DNA of 64,000 nucleotides from Lineus longissimus (Eukaryota): NCBI RefSeq assembly GCF_910592395.1, contig NC_088308.1, positions 806,001 to 870,000 of the forward strand, read 5' to 3'. Shown piece by piece: positions 24,583 to 35,482 of this stretch (position 1 is its first letter; each line of letters starts with the position of its first letter). The notes under the pieces were generated by a model. It saw only the letters and a program-made list of their open reading frames with translations, ran no database searches and was not told where the DNA came from. The position numbers and the translations under genes were made by a program.

Positions 24583-25456
24583 ATGAAGGTAGCCGTTATC
24601 GCACTCTTACTGTTGGTGATTCTTTCGGTTGAGTTTACGGATGCAGGTATGTTTCCCCACTCTTAGAAATGAAGCTTTTGAGCTTTTGAAAACACTATAA
24701 AGGCGGCGATTATATAGAAGTTCACGTTTTCACATAACGTGTCACTGCTCATGAGAACAAACAATTTCCAAAGAGCGGGCTACATACGATTCACGATGTC
24801 ACCTTTCAACCTCACGTCGTCTCTTCAAACCTCAGTCACAGAGCTGACTTGTGACAAGTGAAACGTGAACAGTAACAAGATGAAGCCTGACATGTTATTC
24901 AGCCGACCCAAACTTGCAAAGAGGTTTTCCGTGAAATGAAAAGCCTTCGGAGGTTCATTTGAAAATCTCAAAAAACCTTTTGACCTTTTCCATTTTACCA
25001 AAAACCTCTCCGGCCGGGATGCGTTTCGTGTTGGCTGAAAAACCTTTAAATCTTTCAAATGCTCAAGAAACTTTATTTCTGAGAGTGCTCAGGTTTATTC
25101 CCTTATTTGCCGTCGGACAATTTCCAGACTGTTGTTGTTCAGGTTTGATGTGTAGCGTGCTGGTGAGAGCAATCGCTGTCGTTAGTGCCTTAGGGGATCA
25201 GGGGGAAAACAGGAGACAATAACCTACCAACTACCCTTTATTCAGATGAAGTCCCTGATTTACACTCCTTTCTCATTCTCTCCTACTTTTAGATCCATGT
25301 TTAACCGGGGAAGTCGTTCTCGCTGGAAAAATGCAATGTAAAGTATTTGGTCAAACCGTGTCGTGTCTGTCGAAGTCGTTTATTTGTGACGGAGAGTGCG
25401 ACTGCGAGAGCGATTGCCAGGATGAGCTCGAGGGGAACTGTAAATGGAAGAACTAA
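24583..25456 (+). CDS. Small secreted cysteine-rich protein, 75 aa, LDL-receptor class A-like; exons 24583-24646 and 25293-25456: MKVAVIALLLLVILSVEFTDA-DPCLTGEVVLAGKMQCKVFGQTVSCLSKSFICDGECDCESDCQDELEGNCKWKN
   Basis: Hydrophobic signal exon ending CAG|GTATGT (phase 1), strong polypyrimidine acceptor TTTTAG, in-frame join, 8 Cys, LDLa-type acidic motif CDG..DC...DE...C. Confidence 0.85.
24658..25087. mobile_element. Non-autonomous DNA transposon/MITE with CACT termini (CACTA/EnSpm-like) in the intron of the LDLa-like gene; duplicated at 31395-31824
   Basis: ~35-bp imperfect TIRs CACTCTTAGAAATGAAGCTTTTGAGCTTTTGAAA and TTTCAAATGCTCAAGAAACTTTATTTCTGAGAGTG. TSD not evident. Confidence 0.65.
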
Positions 25457-27549
25457 AAGGTGAAGTGTTTTTTCAGACAGATCTGGCCAAAGGTACTTGG
25501 CAGACCTCTTGTCACTAATCTGTAACCGTGTGATCACAAATAGTAATGTTACACAGCCCTGGGCAGCCGGTGTCATAGTTGACCAGGTTTTGTTGACGCC
25601 GTGAAGGGCCGTTGATTAGGCCTACCTTAAGAAGATTTACTTTAAGTTGTGCCACGCCACTATCTTTTGGTAAATGTGATCTAGTCACATTGCCGAGTTC
25701 AGCAAAGTACCTTTGGCCGGAACGATATGAGAAACACTATAAGAGACAGTTATCAGGTTATGCTAAATGCGGTATCTAGTTATCAGACAACAGCTGTACC
25801 TACGGATGGTGACCAAATCGGCGTGTCGTAAACACGCTCATCACACAAGGACATCGCTCTTTCAAACCACCTGTCAACTTTACCATTCGTGCTAGTTTTT
25901 ACAGCGCCGTCAGGAGCAGTAGGGACCCGGTATTCTACATCACATTAACCCCCTCTCCCCGCAGTTCCTCATCCGCCGATCATATCATACTTTGAAGGTA
26001 GTGATAGATTAGAAAAAAACACGATGAAAAAAACCTTTGGGAAGAGCGTCACATCACAGTGAATAAACAGCCCCTACGTCTAACCCACCGACCCATGAAC
26101 TCCCTACAGTGGACGTATATGTTCTCTTGTTTGTTTCTTGCCTCTCATCATTCTCGTTTTGTTTGTTTTTTTAGCGACGGACACGTGCCAATCGTAAAAA
26201 GCGAGGAGCGAGCAAGTGGAATAAAACCACTTATCCAAAAAAGGAGAGTCTTGATTTCCCTGTACCTGAACAGTCACATGATTAAACCCTAATTCAACCG
26301 AGTTTGTGTTGTTTTTCTTTTTGATATGATGATCGCCACTGGTTGGTGGTATAAAGGAACAAGACATAGACCATCTGATGGACCTCTGTGTCTGTGGATG
26401 ACTTGGAAGCAGTTGGAGTCGCGTCCTATGCCCATCTGACGCCATTCCCCGCTCTTTACATGTGTTTTCCACACTGCGTGTGTCTCCATTGTAAGGTCCA
26501 CACCTGGTCAGCTGATTGAGATGAACTGAACGAACCTGTTCCTATCACTGCTGCTCTGCGGTAGATCTCAGAAAGCCTTTAAAACATATCGTTACTATCA
26601 TCGGCTGGTCATACAATCGTTAGACCTACCCCCAATGTGATCAGTTCGTTCGCTTATAAAACACCCCTGGGGTACTCTAGCCATCCACTGTAAGAATTGC
26701 ATATCATGCATACTTACACGGAATTGACTACGCAGGACAATTCCTGCCAGGAGCTCCGGCGATTATGATTGGGACATCCATTTGAATAGCATCTGTTCCC
26801 CGGAGTTTACACTTAAGGGCGGGTTTACACAGGATTCACGTTGTCACGTGTCAGGATACTCACGTGTTACCTGTCACGAACATAGTCGTTAATTGACTTA
26901 GGCTGAAAACATGTCATAACAGGACCTGGGGAAAAAGTGGCATTGTAAATCATACGTGTGGCCTGCTCTTCAGAAATGACTTGTTTGTTAAAATAATATT
27001 TACACATTACATGTAATAATCATTTTAACTCTACTCTATGTAAACCCAAAATAATTCTATGTAAACCCATCCTTGATTACATTTCTGGTAATAATAGTTA
27101 CACTTGGATGTTTGTTTAACCAAAAGTGTATTCGGCTTGCTAATCCGCAGTCACCCTGCGTCATAATAAAGACGGCGATCTACATGTACATGTACAGGCC
27201 CGTCGCATCAGCGTTGTTTTTGTATTTTCGCCGTGCTGCGTAGTTACGCACTGGAGCGACAAAAGATGCAAGGGTGAAAAGTGACATCGTAAATCCTATG
27301 TCGCCCGCTATTAAGAATATTCTTAGCTTTACACAGTACAAAATGCACTCTCTGTTAACTCGACGGAGGATTTCAACAAATACCGGTATTGGGGGAGTGC
27401 TGCACCTTTAGTGCAAATACCGTTGAATGACCGCCCATCAATAAGTCGATATTTGGGCCGATATATGGAAGTTTCAGGCAAAAGATTTCATCAGTTGCTG
27501 CTACAAAGTTGTCCAGTGTCTGTCTAGTATCTACCAATCACCGACGAAG

Positions 27550-28753
27550 ATGAAGAGTACCCTTGTCATCGTGGTGTTGGCGACTTGCGCCAGTCTCTGG
27601 ATGGTTCATGCCGGGCCGGTATTTATCGACGATGGATGTATGTATACGTATGATTTCAAATCCTTAGTGTTATTTTGGACACCATCACTCCTCCTGATCC
27701 CTCCACCGTCAGAGGACAGAAGTCCTCCCGACGATTATCATTTTCGTTCATTACAGCTTTGAGCTGTATTCGAGATATATGAAGTTTTTCGCTGTTTTCG
27801 AAAATTTATGAGGGCTTATTCCATACCAAAATGTCATTTACATGTTCAACCATTTGGAAGTATCGCCGCGCAGAGAATTGTATACAATTCCCTTGTCTAA
27901 TCTCATATGCAGCCAACGTGCAAGCAAGAAGTAGTGACCCCGTCATTGGGAATTCGAAGAAACCATCAGATACCAATGTGCCCGAACCGGCGTAAGTCAC
28001 TTTTTTCACATGTTTATTCTGAAAAATCATCCAACACATTTCAAGACGGGAGATTCAAAATACGATAATACTTTTGGTAAATCGGAATGACCGGAGATAC
28101 ATGTAAATGTACATAAACCGAAACTTTATGGAGGTGTTCCATCGGCTTCCCGCCTCGCGTCCGTCACGTTCCTGCATGCTTCCCGTCAAAGCCTCCACGG
28201 ACGTTTCTCGTTACCGTCTTGTCACGTATAAAACATCGTTATTCCCGTCACGTTACGCCAACGTGTTGTCATTCTCTTCCGTTTAAAAAACGGTTGATAT
28301 GAGGTTAATCCCAACCAGAGATGTAGAAAAATTGTTTTATATCTGGTGTGACATACACAGCGCAATGTGTAAATCCCGTTTGAACCCTATCCGACGCACG
28401 GCTATGTCCGCTGGCTAGTATCACTCTAAGCTATCATCATTCGTGGAGAAGGTTGAAAAGTAGTGCAAATACTAAGGTTGTTTACGCGATATTAGACCCA
28501 ACCCAACCAAACCAGACCAGACCAGATCAGACCAGATCACCTTCGTGCGCGTTTACACGACAGAACAATCTAGAACGATCCGAATCGATAGATCGGTTTA
28601 GTCCCGCGTAAGCGGGCGGCCCTGTCGAAAAACGCAATTTCTTGTTTTGTCCAGTTGTTAAAGTCACTTCGTCTTTTTTTCCACAGGAAAACTATAATAT
28701 TTGGTTCGTATTACCCCTGGCTATTTGTATTTTCAAGACCTATGATAAAATAG
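27550..28753 (+). CDS. Secreted peptide precursor copy 1, 77 aa; exons 27550-27637, 27913-27991, 28687-28752(+G): MKSTLVIVVLATCASLWMVHA-GPVFIDDGSNVQARSSDPVIGNSKKPSDTNVPEPA-KTIIFGSYYPWLFVFSRPMIK
   Basis: Signal-peptide exon, donors GTATGT/GTAAGT/GTGAGT, acceptors TATGCAG and TTTTTTTCCACAG, in-frame joins (phase 1, phase 2). Confidence 0.8.
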
Positions 28754-29047
28754 TGAGTAATTTCATGCTACGCTGAATCCTGGCAAGGTAATTTTTAAAG
28801 TCAAGGTCAGAGCATGCCGGTCTACCGGCGTTGTGCGTCCTGTGAAAAGGAGGAGACATAAGGATTATGTGGTTGGAGACTTCTAGCGGGTCATAAGCTT
28901 ATTTGGTTCAACAATTTTAAAGATTTCGACTTGGGTCCTCGCTAAACTTTCAAACCCCACATGGACGTCAAGGAACTTTTCCAAAACCGATATTTTTTTC
29001 CAAAGACCATATTTCATATACCCCAAAGCTAAACCTCGGCTATGGGC

Positions 29048-29175
29048 ACATTGGGTGATATGAATAAAGACTAGCAAATGCTTTTACTTCAATTTTGTAC
29101 AGAAAGACCTAGTGTATATGTACATGAAGTTTTAGATAAAAGCATTTGCTAGTCTTTATTCATATCACCCAATGT
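29048..29175. repeat. Perfect 39-bp inverted repeat (29048-29086 / 29137-29175) with 50-bp spacer in intron 3; present in every unit
   Basis: ACATTGGGTGATATGAATAAAGACTAGCAAATGCTTTTA and its reverse complement read directly. Confidence 0.9.
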
Positions 29176-29623
29176 CTACAGCGCCCTTTGCCTATGCATC
29201 ACAGTGCATTTGCAATGCATTTACTGTGCTTCATTGAGGATTTTGGGGCGGGATGTTGCACTAGTGACGGAAGGGCCAATAAGTCCGGCATAGCTGGTAA
29301 TTGCCAAACTCTGAGGGAAGAAGCTGGAACACGCTTCAACGCTTCTCTTTATTCCCCAGACTGAATTTGACTGTGCATTTGATGTCGAACACAAAAGAAG
29401 AAGAATGAAAATAAGCAGGATATGTCATCTATACTCAATGAAGTGACCCGAATACCAAGTGACTCTATGCCACATTATTTGCTAGCGTATCATACGCACC
29501 TTGATTTGTTCAGGTATTTATGGCTAAGGAGGCAATGCGATCGTACCATATGAAATCTGATACGAGTAGTGTATTTTACATCTGTCGCTTGGGACATGTA
29601 GAGTCTCTGCTTCTATCTTTCAG

Positions 29624-29820
29624 GTCATTAGTATCGGGTAGAGAAAATTCCCACAGCAAGCTGAGGACACGCGCCTCCTGGACTCCCAATACTCTATGAC
29701 GGGCTTACACAGTTACATGTACATGCTTGTACACAATTGAATGCACTTATGCGTGTGTGTACTTGCATGTACATGTTTATGTATTTGATTACAACATACC
29801 AATAAAGACCATTAAATTGA
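29624..29820 (+). other. Putative non-coding last exon (3'UTR) of the peptide gene with polyadenylation signal AATAAA at 29801-29806; repeated in each unit
   Basis: Acceptor TCTCTGCTTCTATCTTTCAG|G, AATAAA followed by ATTAAA and GT-rich sequence; donor GTGAGT at end of exon 3. Confidence 0.55.
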
Positions 29821-31361
29821 AAGGATTGTTTAGTGTTCATTATTCGTCGTGCTTAACTTGAATCGAAAGCATGTTGCAATTACTATCAGAATCCAACTAA
29901 ATGGAATGCCCTCGAATGCCTGTAGATTCATAAGGTCGGTGAATCTCAACTCTGAAATGTCTTACAGAAATGTATAGAGGCAATTTTTCCCTCTTTACTT
30001 GCACTCAGCATGGGCCAACCCAGCATGGGCTAACCCAGCGCTGTTCATGATCAGGATTTTAGGAAGGGGGAGTCTGAGCCTCGGTGAGCCGTATAATGAG
30101 GCTGGATTTACATTCAATTCACGTTTGATATACGTTTCACATATGCCACCTGTAATTTACTAAGTCACCATGTCATGACATGAGGAGAGGATGGAAAGTG
30201 ACAGCATCATGTAGACCTAAGCAGTGACGTGCTCTCCCGTTGATCAAACGGCGAGAGAACCCCGACCTCCCCTACATGCCCGCGCATCTATCGGAGGTCG
30301 CGACTATCGTCAGGTATGACAGGTAGGCTGGGGGCAATCTCCAGGCTGACATTGAATATATCCTCTGATGCAGATACTTTCCTCGGCACTTTGCAGGGCA
30401 GCCTGCTCGGTCAGTTAAAGTCCTGCTTTGAATACACAAGAGTAGGTAAGTTCTCGGTCATTCTCTGGTTGGTTCCCACAACAGGGCACGTCATATTACG
30501 GGTCACTCAATTATCGACGAATTGGTCAAATCAGTAGAATGAATATGATAAGACTGAAGGCCAGTCTTATCATTCCACAAGTGAGGCGTAGACTTTAAAA
30601 CTGACCTACCAAGCTAAATCAAGCATTTACGCGGTCGCTACAAGTGCAGAGGGATAGAAGCGTCGATATCCACCACGAAAATGTCAGTTGCGAACGAAAG
30701 TAGGTCTGCATCCGCACCCCGAGGGGAGCTCATCTCGCCGAGGGATCTAAATTCATAAAATGAACGTTTTCTGGCAACTTCCTAAATTTGGCCGACACAT
30801 AATCAAGTTTCCTCAGCTAACGTAACTCCCCATTCCTCATTCACTACTTTCTTGAACCAGCAGTTTGAAAACTTCATGTGGCGAGTCGAGCATTCGACAA
30901 GAGAAAACTTGATTCTGATTATCCATTCAATGATTCGCCAGATCCTCATTTGAATATTCATGCATACGTCATGATTACTTCGTTTCCCTCCGTAAAGGTC
31001 TTATTGCTTGGAAAGACCATGGGTGGAATTCACCAAGGCATTTTGACGTGCGTGCAATTAAAGACCGATTATCTGATACACGAAGGATAAAACAGTGTAG
31101 TATTCTACATCACATTAACCCCCTCTCCCCGCAGTTCCTCATCCGCCGATCATATCATACTTTGAAGGTAGTGATAGATTAGAAAAAAACACGATGAAAA
31201 AAACCTTTGGGAAGAGCGTCACATCACAGTGAATAAACAGCCCCTACGTGTAACCCACCGACCCATGAACTCCCTACAGTGGACGTATATGTTCTCTTGT
31301 TTGTTTCTTGCCTCTCATCATTCTCGTTTTGTTTGTTTTTTTAGCGACGGACACGTGCCAA

Positions 31362-32193
31362 TCGGTTGAGTTTACGGATGCAGGTATGTTTCCCCACTCT
31401 TAGAAATGAAGCTTTTGAGCTTTTGAAAACACTATAAAGGCGGCGATTATATAGAAGTTCACGTTTTCACATAACGTGTCACTGCTCATGAGAACAAACA
31501 ATTTCCAAAGAGCGGGCTACATACGATTCACGATGTCACCTTTCAACCTCACGTCGTCTCTTCAAACCTCAGTCACAGAGCTGACTTGTGACAAGTGAAA
31601 CGTGAACAGTAACAAGATGAAGCCTGACATGTTATTCAGCCGACCCAAACTTGCAAAGAGGTTTTCCGTGAAATGAAAAGCCTTCGGAGGTTCATTTGAA
31701 AATCTCAAAAAACCTTTTGACCTTTTCCATTTTACCAAAAACCTCTCCGGCCGGGATGCGTTTCGTGTTGGCTGAAAAACCTTTAAATCTTTCAAATGCT
31801 CAAGAAACTTTATTTCTGAGAGTGCTCAGGTTTATTCCCTTATTTGCCGTCGGACAATTTCCAGACTGTTGTTGTTCAGGTTTGATGTGTAGCGTGCTGG
31901 TGAGAGCAATCGCTGTCGTTAGTGCCTTAGGGGATCAGGGGGAAAACAGGAGACAATAACCTACCAACTACCCTTTATTCAGATGAAGTCCCTGATTTAC
32001 ACTCCTTTCTCATTCTCTCCTACTTTTAGATCCATGTTTAACCGGGGAAGTCGTTCTCGCTGGAAAAATGCAATGTAAAGTATTTGGTCAAACCGTGTCG
32101 TGTCTGTCGAAGTCGTTTATTTGTGACGGAGAGTGCGACTGCGAGAGCGATTGCCAGGATGAGCTCGAGGGGAACTGTAAATGGAAGAACTAA
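31362..32193 (+). pseudogene. 5'-truncated duplicate of the LDLa-like gene: only the last ~22 nt of exon 1 (no ATG, no signal peptide) plus an intact exon 2 (32030-32193)
   Basis: Sequence switches at GTGCCAA-TCG-GTTGAGTTT from array-unit sequence to exon 1 sequence; downstream matches 24625 onward with offset 6737. Confidence 0.85.
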
Positions 32194-34287
32194 AAGGTGA
32201 AGTGTTTTTTCAGACAGATCTGGCCAAAGGTACTTGGCAGACCTCTTGTCACTAATCTGTAACCGTGTGATCACAAATAGTAATGTTACACAGCCCTGGG
32301 CAGCCGGTGTCATAGTTGACCAGGTTTTGTTGACGCCGTGAAGGACCGTTGATTAGGCCTACCTTAAGAAGATTTACTTTAAGTTGTGCCACGCCACTAT
32401 CTTTTGGTAAATGTGATCTAGTCACATTGCCGAGTTCAGCAAATTACCTTTGGCCGGAACGATATGAGAAACACTATAAGAGACAGTTATCAGGTTATGC
32501 TAAATGCGGTATCTAGTTATCAGACAACAGCTGTACCTACGGATGGTGACCAAATCGGCGTGTCGTAAACACGCTCATCACACAAGGACATCGCTCTTTC
32601 AAACCACCTGTCAACTTTACCATTCGTGCTAGTTTTTACAGCGCCGTCAGGAGCAGTAGGGACCCGGTATTCTACATCACATTAACCCCCTCTCCCCGCA
32701 GTTCCTCATCCGCCGATCATATCATACTTTGAAGGTAGTGATAGATTAGAAAAAAACACGATGAAAAAAACCTTTGGGAAGAGCGTCACATCACAGTGAA
32801 TAAACAGCCCCTACGTCTAACCCACCGACCCATGAACTCCCTACAGTGGACGTATATGTTCTCTTGTTTGTTTCTTGCCTCTCATCATTCTCGTTTTGTT
32901 TGTTTTTTTAGCGACGGACACGTGCCAATCGTAAAAAGCGAGGAGCGAGCAAGTGGAATAAAACCACTTATCCAAAAAAGGAGAGTCTTGATTTCCCTGT
33001 ACCTGAACAGTCACATGATTAAACCCTAATTCAACCAAGTTTGTGTTGTTTTTCTTTTTGATATGATGATCGCCACTGGTTGGTGGTATAAAGGAACAAG
33101 ACATAGACCATCTGATAGACCTCTGTGTCTGTGGATGACTTGGAAGCAGTTGGAGTCGCGTCCTATGCCCATCTGACGCCATTCCCCGCTCTTTACAAGT
33201 GTTTTCCACACTGCGTGTGTCTCCATTGTTAAGGTCCACACCTGGTCAGCTGATTGAGATGAACTGAACGAACCTGTTCCTATCACTGCTGCTCTGCGGT
33301 AGATCTCAGAAAGCCTTTAAAACATATCGTTACTATCATCAGCTGGTCATACAATCGTTAGACCTACCCCCAATGTGATCAGTTCGTTCGCTTATAAAAC
33401 ACCCCTGGGGTACTCTAGCCATCCACTGTAAGAATTGCATATCATGCATACTTACACGGAATTGACTACGCAGGACAATTCCTGCCAGGAGCTCCGGCGA
33501 TTATGATTGGGACATCCATTTGAATAGCATCTGTTCCCCGGAGTTTACACTTAAGAGCGGGTTTACACAGGATTCACGTTGTCACGTGTGAGGATAGTCA
33601 CGTGTTACCTGTCACGAACATAGTCGTTAATTGACTTAGGCTGAAAACATGTCATAACAGGACCTGGGGAAAAAGTGGCATTGTAAATCATACGATTGGC
33701 CTGCTCTTCAGAAATGACTTGTTTGTTAAAATAATATTTACACATTACATGTAATAATCATTTTAACTCTACTCTATGTAAACCCAAAATAATTCTATGT
33801 AAACCCATCCTTGATTACATTTCTGGTAATAATAGTTACACTTGGATGTTTGTTTAACCAAAAGTGTATTCGGCTTGCTAATCCGCAGTCACCCTGCGTC
33901 ATAATAAAGACGGCGATCTACATGTACATGTACAGGCCCGTCGCATCAGCGTTGTTTTTGTATTTTCGCCGTGCTGCGTAGTTACGCACTGGAGCGACAA
34001 AAGATGCAAGGGTGAAAAGTGACATCGTAAATCCTATGTCGCCCGCTATTAAGAATATTCTTAGCTTTACACAGTACAAAATGCACTCTCTGTTAACTCG
34101 ACGGAGGATTTCAACAAATACCGGTATTGGGGGAGTGCTGCACCTTTAGTGCAAATACCGTTGAATGACCGCCCATCAATAAGTCGATATTTGGGCCGAT
34201 ATATGGAAGTTTCAGGCAAAAGATTTCATCAGTTGCTGCTACAAAGTTGTCCAGTGTCTGTCTAGTATCTACCAATCACCGACGAAG

Positions 34288-35482
34288 ATGAAGAGTACCC
34301 TTGTCATCGTGCTGTTGGCGACTTGCGCCAGTCTCTGGATGGTTCATGCCGGGCCGGTATTTATCGACGATGGATGTATGTACACGTATGATTTCAAATC
34401 CTTAGTGTTATTTTGGACACCATCACTCCTCCTGATCCCTCCACCGTCAGAGGACAGAAGTCCTCCCGACCATTATCATTTTCGTTCATTACAGCTTTGA
34501 GCTGTATTCGAGATATATGAAGTTTTCGCTGTTTTCGAAAATTTATGAGGGCTTATTCCATACCAAAATGTCATTTACATGTTCAACCATTTGGAAGTAT
34601 CGCCGCGCAGAGAATTGTATACAATTCCCTTGTCTAATCTCATATGCAGCCAACGTGCAAGCAAGAAGTAGTGACCCCGTCATTGGGAATTGGAAGAAAC
34701 CATCAGATACCAATGTGCCCGAACCGTAAGTCACTTTTTTCACATGTTTATTCTGAAAAATCATCCAACACATTTCAAGACGGGAGATTCAAAATACGAT
34801 AATACTTTTGGTCAATCGGAATGACCGGAGGTACATGTAAATGTACATAAACCGAAACTTTATGGAGGTGTTCCATCGGCTTCCCGCCTCGCGTCCGTCA
34901 CGTTCCTGCATGCTTCCCGTCAAAGCCTCCACGGACGTTTCTCGTTACCGTCTTGTCACGTATAAAACATCGTTATTCCCGTCACGTTACGCCAACGTGT
35001 TGTCATTCTCTTCCGTTTAAAAAACGGTTGATATGAGGTTAATCCCAACCAGAGATGTAGAAAAATTGTTTTATATCTGGTGTGACATACACAGCGCAAT
35101 GTGTAAATCCCGTTTGAACCCTATCCGACGCACGGCTATGTCCGCTGGCTAGTATCACTCTAAGCTATCATCATTCGTGGAGAAGGTTGAAAAGTAGTGC
35201 AAATACTAAGGTTGTTTACGCGATATTAGACCCAACCCAACCAAACCAAACCAGACCAGATCAGATCACCTTCGTGCGCGTTTACACAGCAGAACAATCT
35301 AGAACGATCCGAATCGATAGATCGGTTTAGTCCCGCGTAAGCGGGCGGCCCTGTCGAAAAACGCAATTTCTTGTTTTGTCCAGTTGTTAAAGTCACTTCG
35401 TCTTTTTTTCCACAGGAAAACTATAATATTTGGTTGGTATTACCGCTGGCTATTTGTATTTTCAAGACCTATTATAAAATAG
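34288..35482 (+). CDS. Secreted peptide precursor copy 2, 76 aa; exons 34288-34375, 34650-34725, 35416-35481(+G); ends GNWKKPSDTNVPEP-KTIIFGWYYRWLFVFSRPIIK
   Basis: Same splice sites as copy 1; in-frame 3-nt deletion at end of exon 2. Confidence 0.8.

Noticed and set aside
26059..26501. Recurrent short ORFs in each unit (MNKQPLRL, MENTCKER/MDLNNGD, also MLVFIHITQ, MTGRLGAI, MASRAFDK)
   Set aside because: Recurrence reflects DNA duplication only; many start at non-ATG codons, are broken by frameshifts or insertions in some copies, and have no recognisable motifs.
27638..27762. ORF-track extension CMYTYDFKSLVLFW... of the 70-aa MKSTLV ORFs
   Set aside because: Read-through of intron 1 past a strong GTATGT donor; downstream exons join in frame.
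27619..28700. Alternative phase-0 donor (CCG|GTATTT) giving PTCKQEVVTPSLGIRRNHQIPMCPNR...
   Set aside because: Weaker donor; in that frame exon 3 stops after about three codons in copies 1, 2 and 4, which would not explain the codon-structured variation. Not fully excluded without transcripts.
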